Shown: positions 1 to 9,571, counted from the first letter of the stretch. The stretch: 64,000 nucleotides of DNA from an uncultured Gammaproteobacteria bacterium (GCA_964592195.1 CAZQEI010000002.1:77240-141239), one strand, 5' to 3'. Notes: generated by a model not told the origin, from the letters alone. Made by a program: numbers and translations.

Positions 1-175
1 TAATATTTACAAAAGTAACGACCACTTCAGCAAGAAACAACAATAGAGCTTGTCGAGCGTGATATTGAGCAAAAGGACTTTCTTTGGCTAAGAGTAACGG
101 AGCTAAACATAAAATTCCCAGGTAACCAACCGCCGCAATCATTTTATGTTCCTTGATATCTTTTTCATCAAACAT
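1..175 (-). CDS. DUF4870/Tic20-like membrane protein (partial, runs off window)
   Basis: Translated by hand: MFDEKDIKEHKMIAAVGYLGILCLAPLLLAKESPFAQYHARQALLLF..., matching the 'A.+.Y...L.P......SPFA.+HA.Q' pattern. Confidence 0.7.
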   Translation of the reverse strand, partial: MFDEKDIKEHKMIAAVGYLGILCLAPLLLAKESPFAQYHARQALLLFLAEVVVTFVNI

Positions 176-193
176 ATAGTTTTTAATTATTTA

Positions 194-559
194 TTATTCT
201 AAAGACAAAGCTTCGTAATGAATGAACTTGGGTTCAGCGTTAATTATTTCCACGACTACCACATCAAATTGAATCTCCTTATCCGTATCATTTTCCATTA
301 AATAGTATTCGATCGCAGTATTGATCGCTTGTAATTTGAAAAATGTTACCGCCTCTTCTCCCCAACCCGTGCTGTGGTTAACGCGCGTTTTCACTTCGAC
401 AAATAACAAAGTCTGGTCATTTTCCATGATCAAATCAATTTCACCGCGACGACAACGGAAATTTGCGACCACTGGCTTCCAATTTTTCTTTTCTAAATAC
501 GCTTGCGCCAATTCCTCGCCCCACTTACCTAAACGCTTTTTGTATTTGGTGTTTAACAT
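194..559 (-). CDS. YraN/UPF0102 family predicted endonuclease
   Basis: LGKWGEELAQAYL, NFRCRRGEIDLI, LLFVEVKTR, FDVV motifs; start set at MLNTKY. Confidence 0.9.
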   Translation of the reverse strand: MLNTKYKKRLGKWGEELAQAYLEKKNWKPVVANFRCRRGEIDLIMENDQTLLFVEVKTRVNHSTGWGEEAVTFFKLQAINTAIEYYLMENDTDKEIQFDVVVVEIINAEPKFIHYEALSLE

Positions 560-801
560 TAAAAAGACAACCAACTGCCAAGAGTGGCATTCAATAAATC
601 ATCCTGCAATCCAGCAACAACAATCGCTCCGAGAATAACTACCAAGACACCAACAATCTTGTAAAAAGTCCAACTACCACTGGTAAAAGTTTTTTCTGCA
701 AACTCAATTGGTCCAATCAAATCTATCGCCCACTGAGTTCGCCAAACGCAAATAAATCCCGCACCCAAAATTAAGAGTCCAATTATAATACGTCCTATCA
801 T
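559..801 (-). CDS. small two-TM membrane protein
   Basis: 80 aa, two hydrophobic segments, tightly coupled to the yraN-like gene. Confidence 0.7.
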   Translation of the reverse strand: MIGRIIIGLLILGAGFICVWRTQWAIDLIGPIEFAEKTFTSGSWTFYKIVGVLVVILGAIVVAGLQDDLLNATLGSWLSF

Positions 802-890
802 ATGCCTAAATTATAGCAGATTTATACATCTCTGTTAATTGATTTATCCAGTTGCTTTATTGATTTCTTGCTTTTTTACTAAACTACCCA

Positions 891-919
891 TTGACAAAAT
901 GATCCCAATCTCCTAAACT
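891..919 (+). promoter_or_regulatory. sigma70-type promoter for the 948 ORF
   Basis: TTGACA-17 nt-TAAACT. Confidence 0.65.
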
Positions 920-947
920 AATAAATCCCCTAACAACGGAGGAACCC

Positions 948-1202
948 ATGGATAAACAAATCATCTGCGATAAATGTCATCATCCTATGATCATGATCCC
1001 AGGAGATAGTTCGAACAATCAGACCAAGGTATATGGTTGTGAAAATTGTGGGGCTACAAAAAAACTGAACGATGGCATGTTGTGCCAGACACCGAAAGAA
1101 AAGACTGATCCTCAAGATCGAAACATGTATCCGCCAACATTCACCAATAAACCAAATGCCCAAGGATGCCCAGCTCATTCCACTAACAGATATCAATTTT
1201 AA
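948..1202 (+). CDS. small Zn-ribbon protein (SD-led)
   Basis: CDKC...CENC; GGAGG 5 nt before ATG; own promoter and terminator. Confidence 0.65.
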   Translation: MDKQIICDKCHHPMIMIPGDSSNNQTKVYGCENCGATKKLNDGMLCQTPKEKTDPQDRNMYPPTFTNKPNAQGCPAHSTNRYQF

Positions 1203-1224
1203 CCTCGGAAAATCCGAGGTTTTT
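1201..1224 (+). terminator. intrinsic terminator
   Basis: AACCTCGG-AAAAT-CCGAGGTT followed by T run. Confidence 0.7.
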
Positions 1225-1327
1225 CAATAAATTTCATCATTGACAAACAGTTAATTTCATGTAATAATATAGCTTAATTTGATCGTTAACAACCCACAGC
1301 GCCCGATGAACGGGTCGAGGAGGTTTC

Positions 1328-2449
1328 ATGATTCAGATTGATCGACGACCGTATGATAGATTGAGTTCCTTGGTAAAATTACTAATTCAACAGGACATTC
1401 TCAGTCGTCAAGCGTTTGCAGTTTGGAAAAAGAAGCAAGTTCCCCTGCTCAGCAACATTTTTCAGTATGAACAGAAGAATGGCATGCCCAGCATTGATCA
1501 ATTGATTAGCCTAGACTTTCATCCCGAGTTGCCATTAATTCTTCTGAACTATTCAACCGTTGCCCACAATACTTTGCATGAATATCCTGAAGGTTGGACT
1601 CCTGTTCTACGTGCTTGTCGCGGTTTGGTGATTGATTTCGATGGTTATGTTGTTGGTCTACCCTTCCTCAAGTTTTTTAACTACCTCGAACATGCAGAGA
1701 CCAAGCTTCTTCCTAATTTGAAGTTCACAGCAACCAAGAAACATGATGGTCACTTGGGAATCATTTTCCAATATCGCGGACAAATGGTACTGACTACTCG
1801 TGGTCGGTTTGCCAGTCCGAGCAGTAAACTGGGAAATGAGATGCTGAAAACTTGCATTAATCAATATTGGAACGTTAATCCTTCGCTTTGTTTGTTGGTA
1901 GAAATGATTCATCCTGACACGCAAGTTTTGACCAATTACTTTGGCAAGGTTAAATTTGTTTTGATCGGTGCCACTGACGCAGAATCTTTTGTTGACTATG
2001 GTGATGATTATGAAACTTTAACTAAGATTGCGATCGCATTTGATATTGAACTGACGGAACAATGGGATGGGTATAATCTCAAAGATCTTATCACATGGAT
2101 GAAAGATCGATCTGTTGATAATCAAGAAGGGTATGTCATCACCTTCAGCAATGGACTGCGTGTCAAAGTCAAGTTTGAAACATACATTGGTAAGATGGTC
2201 GCTGCCAAGCTTTCATACAACTATCTAATGCGACGGTTATTGTCCGGGAATACCAAAAAGATGCTCCTAACTTTACCTGAAGAAATTCATGACACTGCCA
2301 TGCGCATGCTTGGTGAAATTCTCATTCTGCTGTCAACGCCGGGCGAGCCCAAAGACCGCTGGCGTGCATTATACACTCTCGAAGGTGACAATGCCTCCAA
2401 CACTTTCAAAAACACCTGTCGCGAATTTGTAAAAACTTTCAACCATTAA
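1328..2449 (+). CDS. T4 Rnl1-like RNA ligase
   Basis: RACRGLV, LPFLKFFN, motif I KHDG, TRGRF, motif IV EGYV, motif V RVKVKFETY. Confidence 0.85.
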   Translation: MIQIDRRPYDRLSSLVKLLIQQDILSRQAFAVWKKKQVPLLSNIFQYEQKNGMPSIDQLISLDFHPELPLILLNYSTVAHNTLHEYPEGWTPVLRACRGLVIDFDGYVVGLPFLKFFNYLEHAETKLLPNLKFTATKKHDGHLGIIFQYRGQMVLTTRGRFASPSSKLGNEMLKTCINQYWNVNPSLCLLVEMIHPDTQVLTNYFGKVKFVLIGATDAESFVDYGDDYETLTKIAIAFDIELTEQWDGYNLKDLITWMKDRSVDNQEGYVITFSNGLRVKVKFETYIGKMVAAKLSYNYLMRRLLSGNTKKMLLTLPEEIHDTAMRMLGEILILLSTPGEPKDRWRALYTLEGDNASNTFKNTCREFVKTFNH

Positions 2450-2456
2450 AAAACTA

Positions 2457-2479
2457 TCTCCAATCTTGGAGATTTTTTT
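2457..2479 (+). terminator. intrinsic terminator
   Basis: ATCTCCAATCTTGGAGAT hairpin plus T run. Confidence 0.65.
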
Positions 2480-2496
2480 ATTTTTCATTTTTTCCG

Positions 2497-2632
2497 TTTC
2501 CCCGGACTACGATCCGGGGTCTCATATTTCAAAATCACCACAACTAATTGAGATCCCCGCATACGCGAGGAAAGAGGTGTGATGATTTTTTCGTTTCCCC
2601 GTACCCCGCGAATTTATTCATTGATCCGAGGT
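2497..2632. repeat. cluster of short palindromic REP-like elements
   Basis: GTTTCCCCGGACTACGATCCGGGG, GAGATCCCCGCATACGCGAGGA and a degenerate third copy. Confidence 0.5.
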
Positions 2633-2701
2633 TTAAATAATATATTCCTTCGCCTTTTCTCTTTATTCTCATTATCTCATTTTCTCAAATATAAAAGAGC
2701 A

Positions 2702-3283
2702 TCAATGATGCTCCCATATTACTTTACACTCACCTTCTTCATTAAACCCAATCCCCAATCTCCCCAATCGCTCAACTGCTTCTTCTCTCGTTAAATCTTT
2801 ATCAACAATTGCCACTTGGATTCTCAAACAAATATCAATCTTCCAAGTTTTCGGTACCTTTTTTTCATCCACTCCAGCATAAATTTCCATGGCACGATGC
2901 ATGTAACCATCGCGAATCAAACAAGACAATACCCTGCGAACATCACGACCTTTTTCATGTTCACATTCTCTCATTCGGTATGGATTAAGATCATGTTCAA
3001 TCCACGGATAAATCTTCGGGGTATTCAATTTATTTGCAACATCGATCATCTTTTGGTTTTTGACTTGCTTAGAAAATTTCAAACCAAGTTTATATTCCAT
3101 ATTAGCCAAAACACATTCAAAAAAATCCCGATCATCCACATACTTCATCTTGCAACAAGCCGTTCGATTACTTTTTACCTGACAAAACTTTTCCGGATTA
3201 GACAACGATATTCCTTTTGGCTTTGCCTCAACTGAAGATGACAGAAATACCATCAACAAAAGAATTACTAAGTTGATTTGCAT
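2702..3283 (-). CDS. secreted Cys-rich hypothetical protein (paralog of 3376..3984; SD-led)
   Basis: Signal peptide ending VEA; CAGGAG before MQINL; 8 Cys align with the neighbour. Confidence 0.75.
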   Translation of the reverse strand: MQINLVILLLMVFLSSSVEAKPKGISLSNPEKFCQVKSNRTACCKMKYVDDRDFFECVLANMEYKLGLKFSKQVKNQKMIDVANKLNTPKIYPWIEHDLNPYRMRECEHEKGRDVRRVLSCLIRDGYMHRAMEIYAGVDEKKVPKTWKIDICLRIQVAIVDKDLTREEAVERLGRLGIGFNEEGECKVIWEHH

Positions 3284-3375
3284 GGCAATCTCCTGGTTGT
3301 TAAGGTTCAAGTCAATATAATTTTAACTAAATAAAACACTTCCGTCAAAAAAGACGCTGTTGGCGTCTTGATCAT

Positions 3376-3984
3376 TTACTTATTCACACACTCTTCTCTA
3401 TCATTAAAATACACACCATATGGTTTAACTCTTTCATTGGCCTCGACCAAAGACACTCGCTTCGCCACGACCTCCGGCTCCATATAGTGACAAATCATGC
3501 GCTTGAAATCAATCAATTCCAGTCCAACTGGGCGAGATTGAAATACTTCCGCAGCGCGTTTGGTATGACCTTCGTACAGCAGGCACGCTACTTGAACTCT
3601 AGCATCTTTATTATCAACACCTTCACAGCGCCATTGACGATGAGGATTCTTGTCCATTTCTTCCGTCAGATTCCCCATACCCCAGAGCATATTCAATTCA
3701 TCCGCGTAATGCACTCGAGCATCATCACTAGCCATCTTGGCCAAAGTCGAAGCTTCTGAATATTCACGACTAGCAACCAAACAATTAAAGTAATCAACAT
3801 CTGTCTGATAGTCCATACGACAACAAGCTTTTCGTCCTTCATTCAAACCAAGACAAAAATTCTTATACACGTTCATTTCAGTAGTTACTTTCTTATCAAA
3901 TATCATCCAATACGGTTTCTGATCTTCAGCTAGAATAAGAGAGGAATAGCCACAAATCACCAAAATTAACGCTTTTCGGCTCAT
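3376..3984 (-). CDS. secreted Cys-rich hypothetical protein (SD-led)
   Basis: N-terminal hydrophobic signal; AAGGAGG SD; shared FC..ACC..Y..D.F.C pattern. Confidence 0.75.
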   Translation of the reverse strand: MSRKALILVICGYSSLILAEDQKPYWMIFDKKVTTEMNVYKNFCLGLNEGRKACCRMDYQTDVDYFNCLVASREYSEASTLAKMASDDARVHYADELNMLWGMGNLTEEMDKNPHRQWRCEGVDNKDARVQVACLLYEGHTKRAAEVFQSRPVGLELIDFKRMICHYMEPEVVAKRVSLVEANERVKPYGVYFNDREECVNK

Positions 3985-4080
3985 ATTGCCTCCTTGGAAT
4001 TGTTGTTGTTTGTGAAATTGCCAAAGATCTTTAACTGATTAATATACATTAAATCTTTATTTTTGTCAATGTGCCAATAA

Positions 4081-4674
4081 TTAACGTTTCTTTTCATCTG
4101 CCAAAAAACATTTATCATCATTAAATCTCTCTTTCCATTCCTCCGGATTGCCATAATCAGCAAATTCACTATACCAACCATGATTAAATTTTGGCTTATG
4201 TGCGGCCTTAATTGGACACCAATATCGTTCCGTTCTTCCAGCGATTTCAACGGCGTAGGCAAATAAACCATTTACATAAGTACAATAAACGCAATGCACC
4301 TTTTCAATCCAATTCAAGTAATCCAAGAATTGACGATCATAAACAATAAAATCTCTTCGTTTAACTTTTGGGATGTGATAAAGAGAAAAAGCTACTGCGT
4401 GATACAGTGAAAGAAACACATCCAAAATTAACGCTGGAATTATCATCATGTAAATAAAGGGTAGAGACAAGACATGCCTAATATGTTTTGGAATAACATA
4501 TTTCCAAGCAGGAATTTTAAAACTTTTATTCCTCTTACGAATGGCCTCCAAAAAAACCACCTTCTTACCGGCAAAATAAAAGCCATATTTTTCCGCCATC
4601 TTGTTATACTTTTCAGATAATTGCTTATTCAACGCGGCAATTTTGTCTAACAAATCTTTGATACTTTGGTTCAT
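4081..4674 (-). CDS. conserved hypothetical membrane protein (CxYCxYxNG / RTERYWCPIK motif)
   Basis: One TM segment plus a Cys cluster; motif looks conserved but function unknown. Confidence 0.7.
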   Translation of the reverse strand: MNQSIKDLLDKIAALNKQLSEKYNKMAEKYGFYFAGKKVVFLEAIRKRNKSFKIPAWKYVIPKHIRHVLSLPFIYMMIIPALILDVFLSLYHAVAFSLYHIPKVKRRDFIVYDRQFLDYLNWIEKVHCVYCTYVNGLFAYAVEIAGRTERYWCPIKAAHKPKFNHGWYSEFADYGNPEEWKERFNDDKCFLADEKKR

Positions 4675-4790
4675 AAAGTTAACTAAGTTTTAATAGTAAC
4701 ATGAGTATAGCATAAATTTATATTTTTTGAAGCCTCTTTTTCAATCAAAAAAGGGTGACACGATCGTCACCCCCCTTTCATATAATTTAT

Positions 4791-5399
4791 TTAATCTCTT
4801 GTCGATCTCTTCTTCACTCTCCAAATTAGGAACATCAGTCCCGAAGTCGACGGCACGGCTCGACCCAGGTAAATCCACGAAAAGATATCGTTGTTCACCC
4901 AGGCTGGATAGACCGCACACAACGTCGCGAGGAGCACCGCTCCCCAGACGACCAGAGACTCAGTGCATTCCTTCGCTTTCAACAGCTTCTTCACCGTAGC
5001 GAAGTAAGCGATCAGGGCAATGCTCTGCACCAAGCCATAGGATATCAAAGCGTCTTTCGTAATCATCCAGAATACCACGATCACGGCGCCAGAAAATAGA
5101 CACCACTTCTGAACAGTATCGAACGCTACATTAAGCGTGTGGTTGCGAATATTGGTTACCAGAACGCCGATCAAGATGGTTGAAATGTTAAAGACACCAG
5201 CCACGACCGCGATATTGGCCGTCCACGACTTGTTCGGGTTTGACCAATACATAATAAAGGACAAAGAGATAACCACGAGCATCAGAATCCAGGTGGCCAA
5301 GACCGGCTTGGTCACGCCATGCCAGGTCAACCACACGTAGTAAAACGCTGAAACGATCATCATGACCACCGTACCCACGACCATGGCGCCGTATAGCAT
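4791..5399 (-). CDS. multi-TM (about 7) membrane protein, PQ-loop/SWEET-like topology possible (SD-led)
   Basis: Hydrophobic throughout; GGAGGT SD; GC higher than flanks; terminator at ~4747-4775. Confidence 0.7.
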   Translation of the reverse strand: MLYGAMVVGTVVMMIVSAFYYVWLTWHGVTKPVLATWILMLVVISLSFIMYWSNPNKSWTANIAVVAGVFNISTILIGVLVTNIRNHTLNVAFDTVQKWCLFSGAVIVVFWMITKDALISYGLVQSIALIAYFATVKKLLKAKECTESLVVWGAVLLATLCAVYPAWVNNDIFSWIYLGRAVPSTSGLMFLIWRVKKRSTRD

Positions 5400-5576
5400 A
5401 TCAGCACCTCCAGTTTGTTAGTGTTTTTTGATGTAACTTACCACACTTTTGCTTGTGAACATACCACTAGATAACCATTATATTATATCAAATTTTAACA
5501 TTTTTGTCAATAGGTGTTTATTCAACGATTTTCACCTTAAAATAAACAAAAACACTGACTCTCGTCAGTATCTTTA

Positions 5577-5663
5577 TGGTGCCCAGGAGAAGACTCGAAC
5601 TTCCATACCCTTGCGGGTGCTACCACCTCAAGGTAGTGCGTCTACCAATTTCGCCACCTGGGC
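5577..5663 (-). tRNA. tRNA-Leu(GAG)
   Basis: GCCCAGG...CTACC-TTGAGGT-GGTAG, long variable arm, GTTCGAG T loop, encoded CCA. Confidence 0.95.
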
Positions 5664-5684
5664 ATAATCTAATAATCAAATTGT

Positions 5685-5781
5685 TGCGTCCCCTGCACCA
5701 CATAGGGTGAAGGGCCATGAACCCAACGTGGTTCATGGTACCAATTTCGTTAGCCCTGTCGAATGACAGGGCCACCTGGGC
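5685..5781 (-). pseudogene. 5' fragment of tRNA-Leu interrupted by two hairpin insertions
   Basis: + strand TGCGTC[48 nt]TACCAATTTC[22 nt]GCCACCTGGGC equals the 5' 27 nt of the adjacent tRNA once the inserts are removed. Confidence 0.75.
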
Positions 5782-5816
5782 AGATACGCTTCAAGGCGAC
5801 CTCGAAGCGACTAGAA

Positions 5817-6005
5817 CTATTCTACACTAATTGCTTGAACTGGGCAAGCGTCCTTGGCTTGGTTGATTTTATCCGAATATTGATCGTAAGCGACATCTGG
5901 TTTGACCCCCGCCTTATTATCTCCTTCGAAAACAAACACTTCTTCAGCCATGGCAATGCAAGATCCGCACCCAATGCACTTTTCCTTGTCTACTTTTGGT
6001 AACAT
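5817..6005 (-). CDS. single-cluster ferredoxin
   Basis: CIGCGSC ... ACPVQAI. Confidence 0.9.
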   Translation of the reverse strand: MLPKVDKEKCIGCGSCIAMAEEVFVFEGDNKAGVKPDVAYDQYSDKINQAKDACPVQAISVE

Positions 6006-6009
6006 AGTT

Positions 6010-6798
6010 TTATTTTATATTAATATTCTTTGATTTACCTACAATCACTTTTAACTTTTTGTTGGCTAACTTCACCGCGACAGGTGTTTTGACCACCTTA
6101 TACTCATCTATCATGATCGGTAAGTATTCAAAACTCTTGATTTCAAAATTCACACCTTGAATAACACTATCCACCATGGAGTCGCGATTCTTGGTGAAAT
6201 ATTTTTTCCAGCCTTCAGGTATAATATCACTTTTGAAAACTAAATCCAAGCGTCCATCTTGAGCCGATACTTTGTTCATCAACTCATCCACATTTGACTC
6301 GGCGAAGTTTGAATTGTAAACAGCCACTTGTGAACAACCAGGTCGAGTCATGACACGATAACCTTGATGATTAATTGTTAAACGATCAATGTTTTTATGA
6401 ATTTTTAAATTAGTAAAAAAATAATGTTCCCCTACTTGCCCTAAATCAAATTCGGAGATTATTCTAGCCGCAATCACATCGCAAGCTTTTTCTTCCTGCG
6501 GGATGCCGAGGTTCTCAGCAATTTGATTATCCGGACCAATGGGAATAATTCCCAAAGTTAAACCGTTTTTTGTTGCCACATCTACGGCTTTCAAAAATGT
6601 TTTATCATTACCAACCACAATCACAGTTTTGGTGCCACGCTTGGCTTCATCATTAACGAGAGCTTCAATATTCTTTAGCAACGACAATCTTTCGTGTTTG
6701 CCTTGAATGTCCAAATCCAAAAGACCGGTTTTTATTTTATCCAAAACTTTTTCGTATTTTCTATCGTTCAAAAAGCTGTCGTATAAATAATAATACAT
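6010..6798 (-). CDS. diacylglycerol-kinase-family protein (degenerate)
   Basis: VIVVGNDKT in place of GGDGT; LGIIPIG..N.IA..LGIP; DLG; DGRLD. Confidence 0.75.
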   Translation of the reverse strand: MYYYLYDSFLNDRKYEKVLDKIKTGLLDLDIQGKHERLSLLKNIEALVNDEAKRGTKTVIVVGNDKTFLKAVDVATKNGLTLGIIPIGPDNQIAENLGIPQEEKACDVIAARIISEFDLGQVGEHYFFTNLKIHKNIDRLTINHQGYRVMTRPGCSQVAVYNSNFAESNVDELMNKVSAQDGRLDLVFKSDIIPEGWKKYFTKNRDSMVDSVIQGVNFEIKSFEYLPIMIDEYKVVKTPVAVKLANKKLKVIVGKSKNINIK

Positions 6799-6828
6799 AA
6801 AAACCGTAACCAGTTTTCCCTTTAAAGA

Positions 6829-7236
6829 TTATTGATTCTCAGCTTCAGATTCTAATTCTTTCACTTTTACACCGGAAGAGGCTTCTCCCATAGTGCAACG
6901 ACCATTAAAAGTCGCACCAGCATTTATCACTACTTCACCGGCATTAACGTCGCCAGTCACCTTAGCGGTTTCGGCCAATTCAATTCTACCATTAACTGAA
7001 ATATTACCAACTACTTCGCCACAAATGTAAGCATCCGCTGCTTTCACATCGGCTTTGACCTTAGCTTGAGCACCCACACGTAAACTTTTTTCTGTTTTCA
7101 AACTACCAGAAACTTCCCCCTCAACAACAATGTTACCATTACTGACCAAATCACCTTCGATTTTGATCGTACTGCCGATGATTGTGTCATCGATTTGATT
7201 ACCATTTAATCCCTCCTGATCTTTTGGTCCAAACAT
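6829..7236 (-). CDS. bactofilin (polymer-forming cytoskeletal protein)
   Basis: TIIG..IKIEGDL...GNIVVEGEVSG beta-helix repeats, GATFNGRC. Confidence 0.9.
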   Translation of the reverse strand: MFGPKDQEGLNGNQIDDTIIGSTIKIEGDLVSNGNIVVEGEVSGSLKTEKSLRVGAQAKVKADVKAADAYICGEVVGNISVNGRIELAETAKVTGDVNAGEVVINAGATFNGRCTMGEASSGVKVKELESEAENQ

Positions 7237-7359
7237 ACGAATATTTTTAATTATTGAACTATGTTATATATATTAATCTCTCTTACCTGTTTTGTAAAGG
7301 AATCATGCCTGCAACGCTATCCGCTGATCAATGTTCTATGATCAATGTTCAATGACCTC

Positions 7360-9054
7360 CTACATTTCACTTAATCCATCGATATTTAACAACTGCAAAC
7401 CTTGCAAAAGCACAGTTTTTGTCTGTTTTACCAAGGCTAACCGAGTGGCACGCAATTTCATTCCCACATTCAAAATCTGTTGCGCATGATAAAAACTATT
7501 AAACAATTGAGCTAAATCAAGCAAATATGTGCACAAGATTGCCGGTTGATATTTTTCTCCACTGTGAACAATAGCTGATTCAAATTGACCTAAATGCTTA
7601 ATCAAATTTTGTTCTTCTTTAGAATTTAACAATGAATAATCTTTCGGCATAAATCCTGACCACCATCCCGCCTTACGTTCCAGTGAATTCAACCGGGCTA
7701 AACAATACAATAAATATGGTCCGCTGGCGCCATCAATGGCTGTGGCTTTTTCCATGTCAAAAACAATTACCGAGTTATTTTCATATTTCAACATGAAGAA
7801 TTTAATGGCTGCCAAAGCAATTTTTTCCGAAACCTCATTCATCTTTTCCTCTGACCAATCTGCATGTCTTTTCTTGGTTTCTACCATGACTTTCGACTTA
7901 ACTGCCTCAATAAAATCTTCCACCGGAACCACGTTACCTTTACGCGAAGCCATAGCTCCATCCGGCAAAGTAACAAAGTCATAACTGACATGAACCTTTT
8001 CTTTATTTTCGTAACCTAGTAAATCTAATAACTTGAAAACTTGTTTTAAATACAACGATTGACGATTATCAACAACATAAATTGATTGGTCTACTCCAAA
8101 TTGGTCAAACTTTTTCTTTCCCAAAGGCAAATCCTTAATTCCATACAAAACATTTCCATCAGATTTAACCAACACTAAAACTTCTAAACCAAGCTCTTTC
8201 AAGTCCGCAATAATCGCTCCTTCACTTTCTTTGATTTGCTGCACCTGTTTTTTATCCATGATCTCTTTCAATAACACGCGGCCCGCTTCTTCTTCTTCAC
8301 TTTCCCAAAACCATTCATCAAACTTTATATTTAATCTTTCGTAAATGTTTAAAAAAGCTTGAAAACTTTGTTCCTTTGAAGATTTCCATAAACCGTAAAA
8401 ATGCGGATCATGTTCTTCAATCTTTTTCTGCACCGCGGAAACTTCAGTCATGGCGTCGGGATTTTCCGCAATCGCATTGACTGCGGCTGTATACATTCTT
8501 CCGAAAAACTTCGCTTCTGATTCACCTTCTTCATGCTTCATTTCAGGATTAAACTTGTCTACATACCACAAACATTTGGCCACATGCACACCGGAGTCGC
8601 CAATATAATTCACAGGAATAACATTATTTCCCAAAGTTCTAAAAATATTCACCAAACTGGCGCCCAAAAAAGCCGTTCGCAAATGTCCCACATGAAACTC
8701 TTTATGCGTGTTGGGTTGAGAAAATTCAATCATCACTTTCTTCCCAGTCGCGGGTAAACAAATCGACTCGGTCAATATTTTTTTATTCCACCAATTTAAA
8801 TCCAAGAAAAAATTCACATACGGACCAATGGCTTTCACTTCTGACCAACAAACATCAGGCGCGCCATTCAGTTTTTCAACAAATTCTTTAGCCAAATCAA
8901 CCGGATTTGCATGCTTGTCTTTGGCCAATTCAAACATCGGCCAGGCCCAATGACCCATTTCAATTTTTGGTGGTTCAGATAAAAGCTTATAGTCAACTTT
9001 AACATCTAAAACCTTTTCTATATCTGAAACTATTTGTAATTTAATTTTTTCCAT
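7360..9054 (-). CDS. argS: arginine--tRNA ligase
   Basis: EFSQPNTHKEFHVGHLR, LVKSDG, MASRKGN, DALR-like C-terminal domain. Confidence 0.95.
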   Translation of the reverse strand: MEKIKLQIVSDIEKVLDVKVDYKLLSEPPKIEMGHWAWPMFELAKDKHANPVDLAKEFVEKLNGAPDVCWSEVKAIGPYVNFFLDLNWWNKKILTESICLPATGKKVMIEFSQPNTHKEFHVGHLRTAFLGASLVNIFRTLGNNVIPVNYIGDSGVHVAKCLWYVDKFNPEMKHEEGESEAKFFGRMYTAAVNAIAENPDAMTEVSAVQKKIEEHDPHFYGLWKSSKEQSFQAFLNIYERLNIKFDEWFWESEEEEAGRVLLKEIMDKKQVQQIKESEGAIIADLKELGLEVLVLVKSDGNVLYGIKDLPLGKKKFDQFGVDQSIYVVDNRQSLYLKQVFKLLDLLGYENKEKVHVSYDFVTLPDGAMASRKGNVVPVEDFIEAVKSKVMVETKKRHADWSEEKMNEVSEKIALAAIKFFMLKYENNSVIVFDMEKATAIDGASGPYLLYCLARLNSLERKAGWWSGFMPKDYSLLNSKEEQNLIKHLGQFESAIVHSGEKYQPAILCTYLLDLAQLFNSFYHAQQILNVGMKLRATRLALVKQTKTVLLQGLQLLNIDGLSEM

Positions 9055-9055
9055 A

Positions 9056-9559
9056 TTATTTTTTATCACGTTCATCTCGCAGACGATCCAACTTTTCCAA
9101 AATACTTTCTTCCTTGGCGAGAATAGTATCTTGTTTATTCAATATTTCATTTTCCATTTCCTCACTTTGTTCAATTTCCATCAATAAATCATCTTCCTCC
9201 CGATCAATTTTACGAGTAATATCTTTTTCCAATTTACGATATTGCACGGTGCTGATCATTGAAATAATTCGAGCAATAAACAACGCCAAGAAAATAAAAG
9301 ACAGAATCAGAGTTAAAAAGCATAATATGCGCCCAGCCATGGTAACAGGATACAATCCAGCCGCGCCACCCATGAAGTAAATACTCTCAATCCCGCGCCA
9401 CGCATCATTCAATGAAGTGATTTGTGGATTGGTTCGATACTCAAAAATATAGAATAACATGTCAGCGATAGCCAACCACATGATAAAAGCAAAAATCAAA
9501 ATGGCTAACAAAATATAACCGCGTCGCCGCACCAATAATTTCTCTTCATGATCATGCAT
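9056..9559 (-). CDS. two-TM potassium-channel-like protein with degenerate filter
   Basis: TM-E..NPQITSLNDAW-pore helix-YPVTMAGR-TM (KcsA-like); filter reads MGGAAG rather than TVGYG; acidic coiled-coil tail. Confidence 0.7.
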   Translation of the reverse strand: MHDHEEKLLVRRRGYILLAILIFAFIMWLAIADMLFYIFEYRTNPQITSLNDAWRGIESIYFMGGAAGLYPVTMAGRILCFLTLILSFIFLALFIARIISMISTVQYRKLEKDITRKIDREEDDLLMEIEQSEEMENEILNKQDTILAKEESILEKLDRLRDERDKK

Positions 9560-9571
9560 AAATTTTTCTTA

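Noticed and set aside
3981-4271. 96-aa ORF overlapping 4081..4674, and similar short ORFs such as 5449..5667, 5763..6002 and 14206..14400
   Set aside because: They overlap better-supported genes or tRNAs and have no recognisable motifs or initiation signals.
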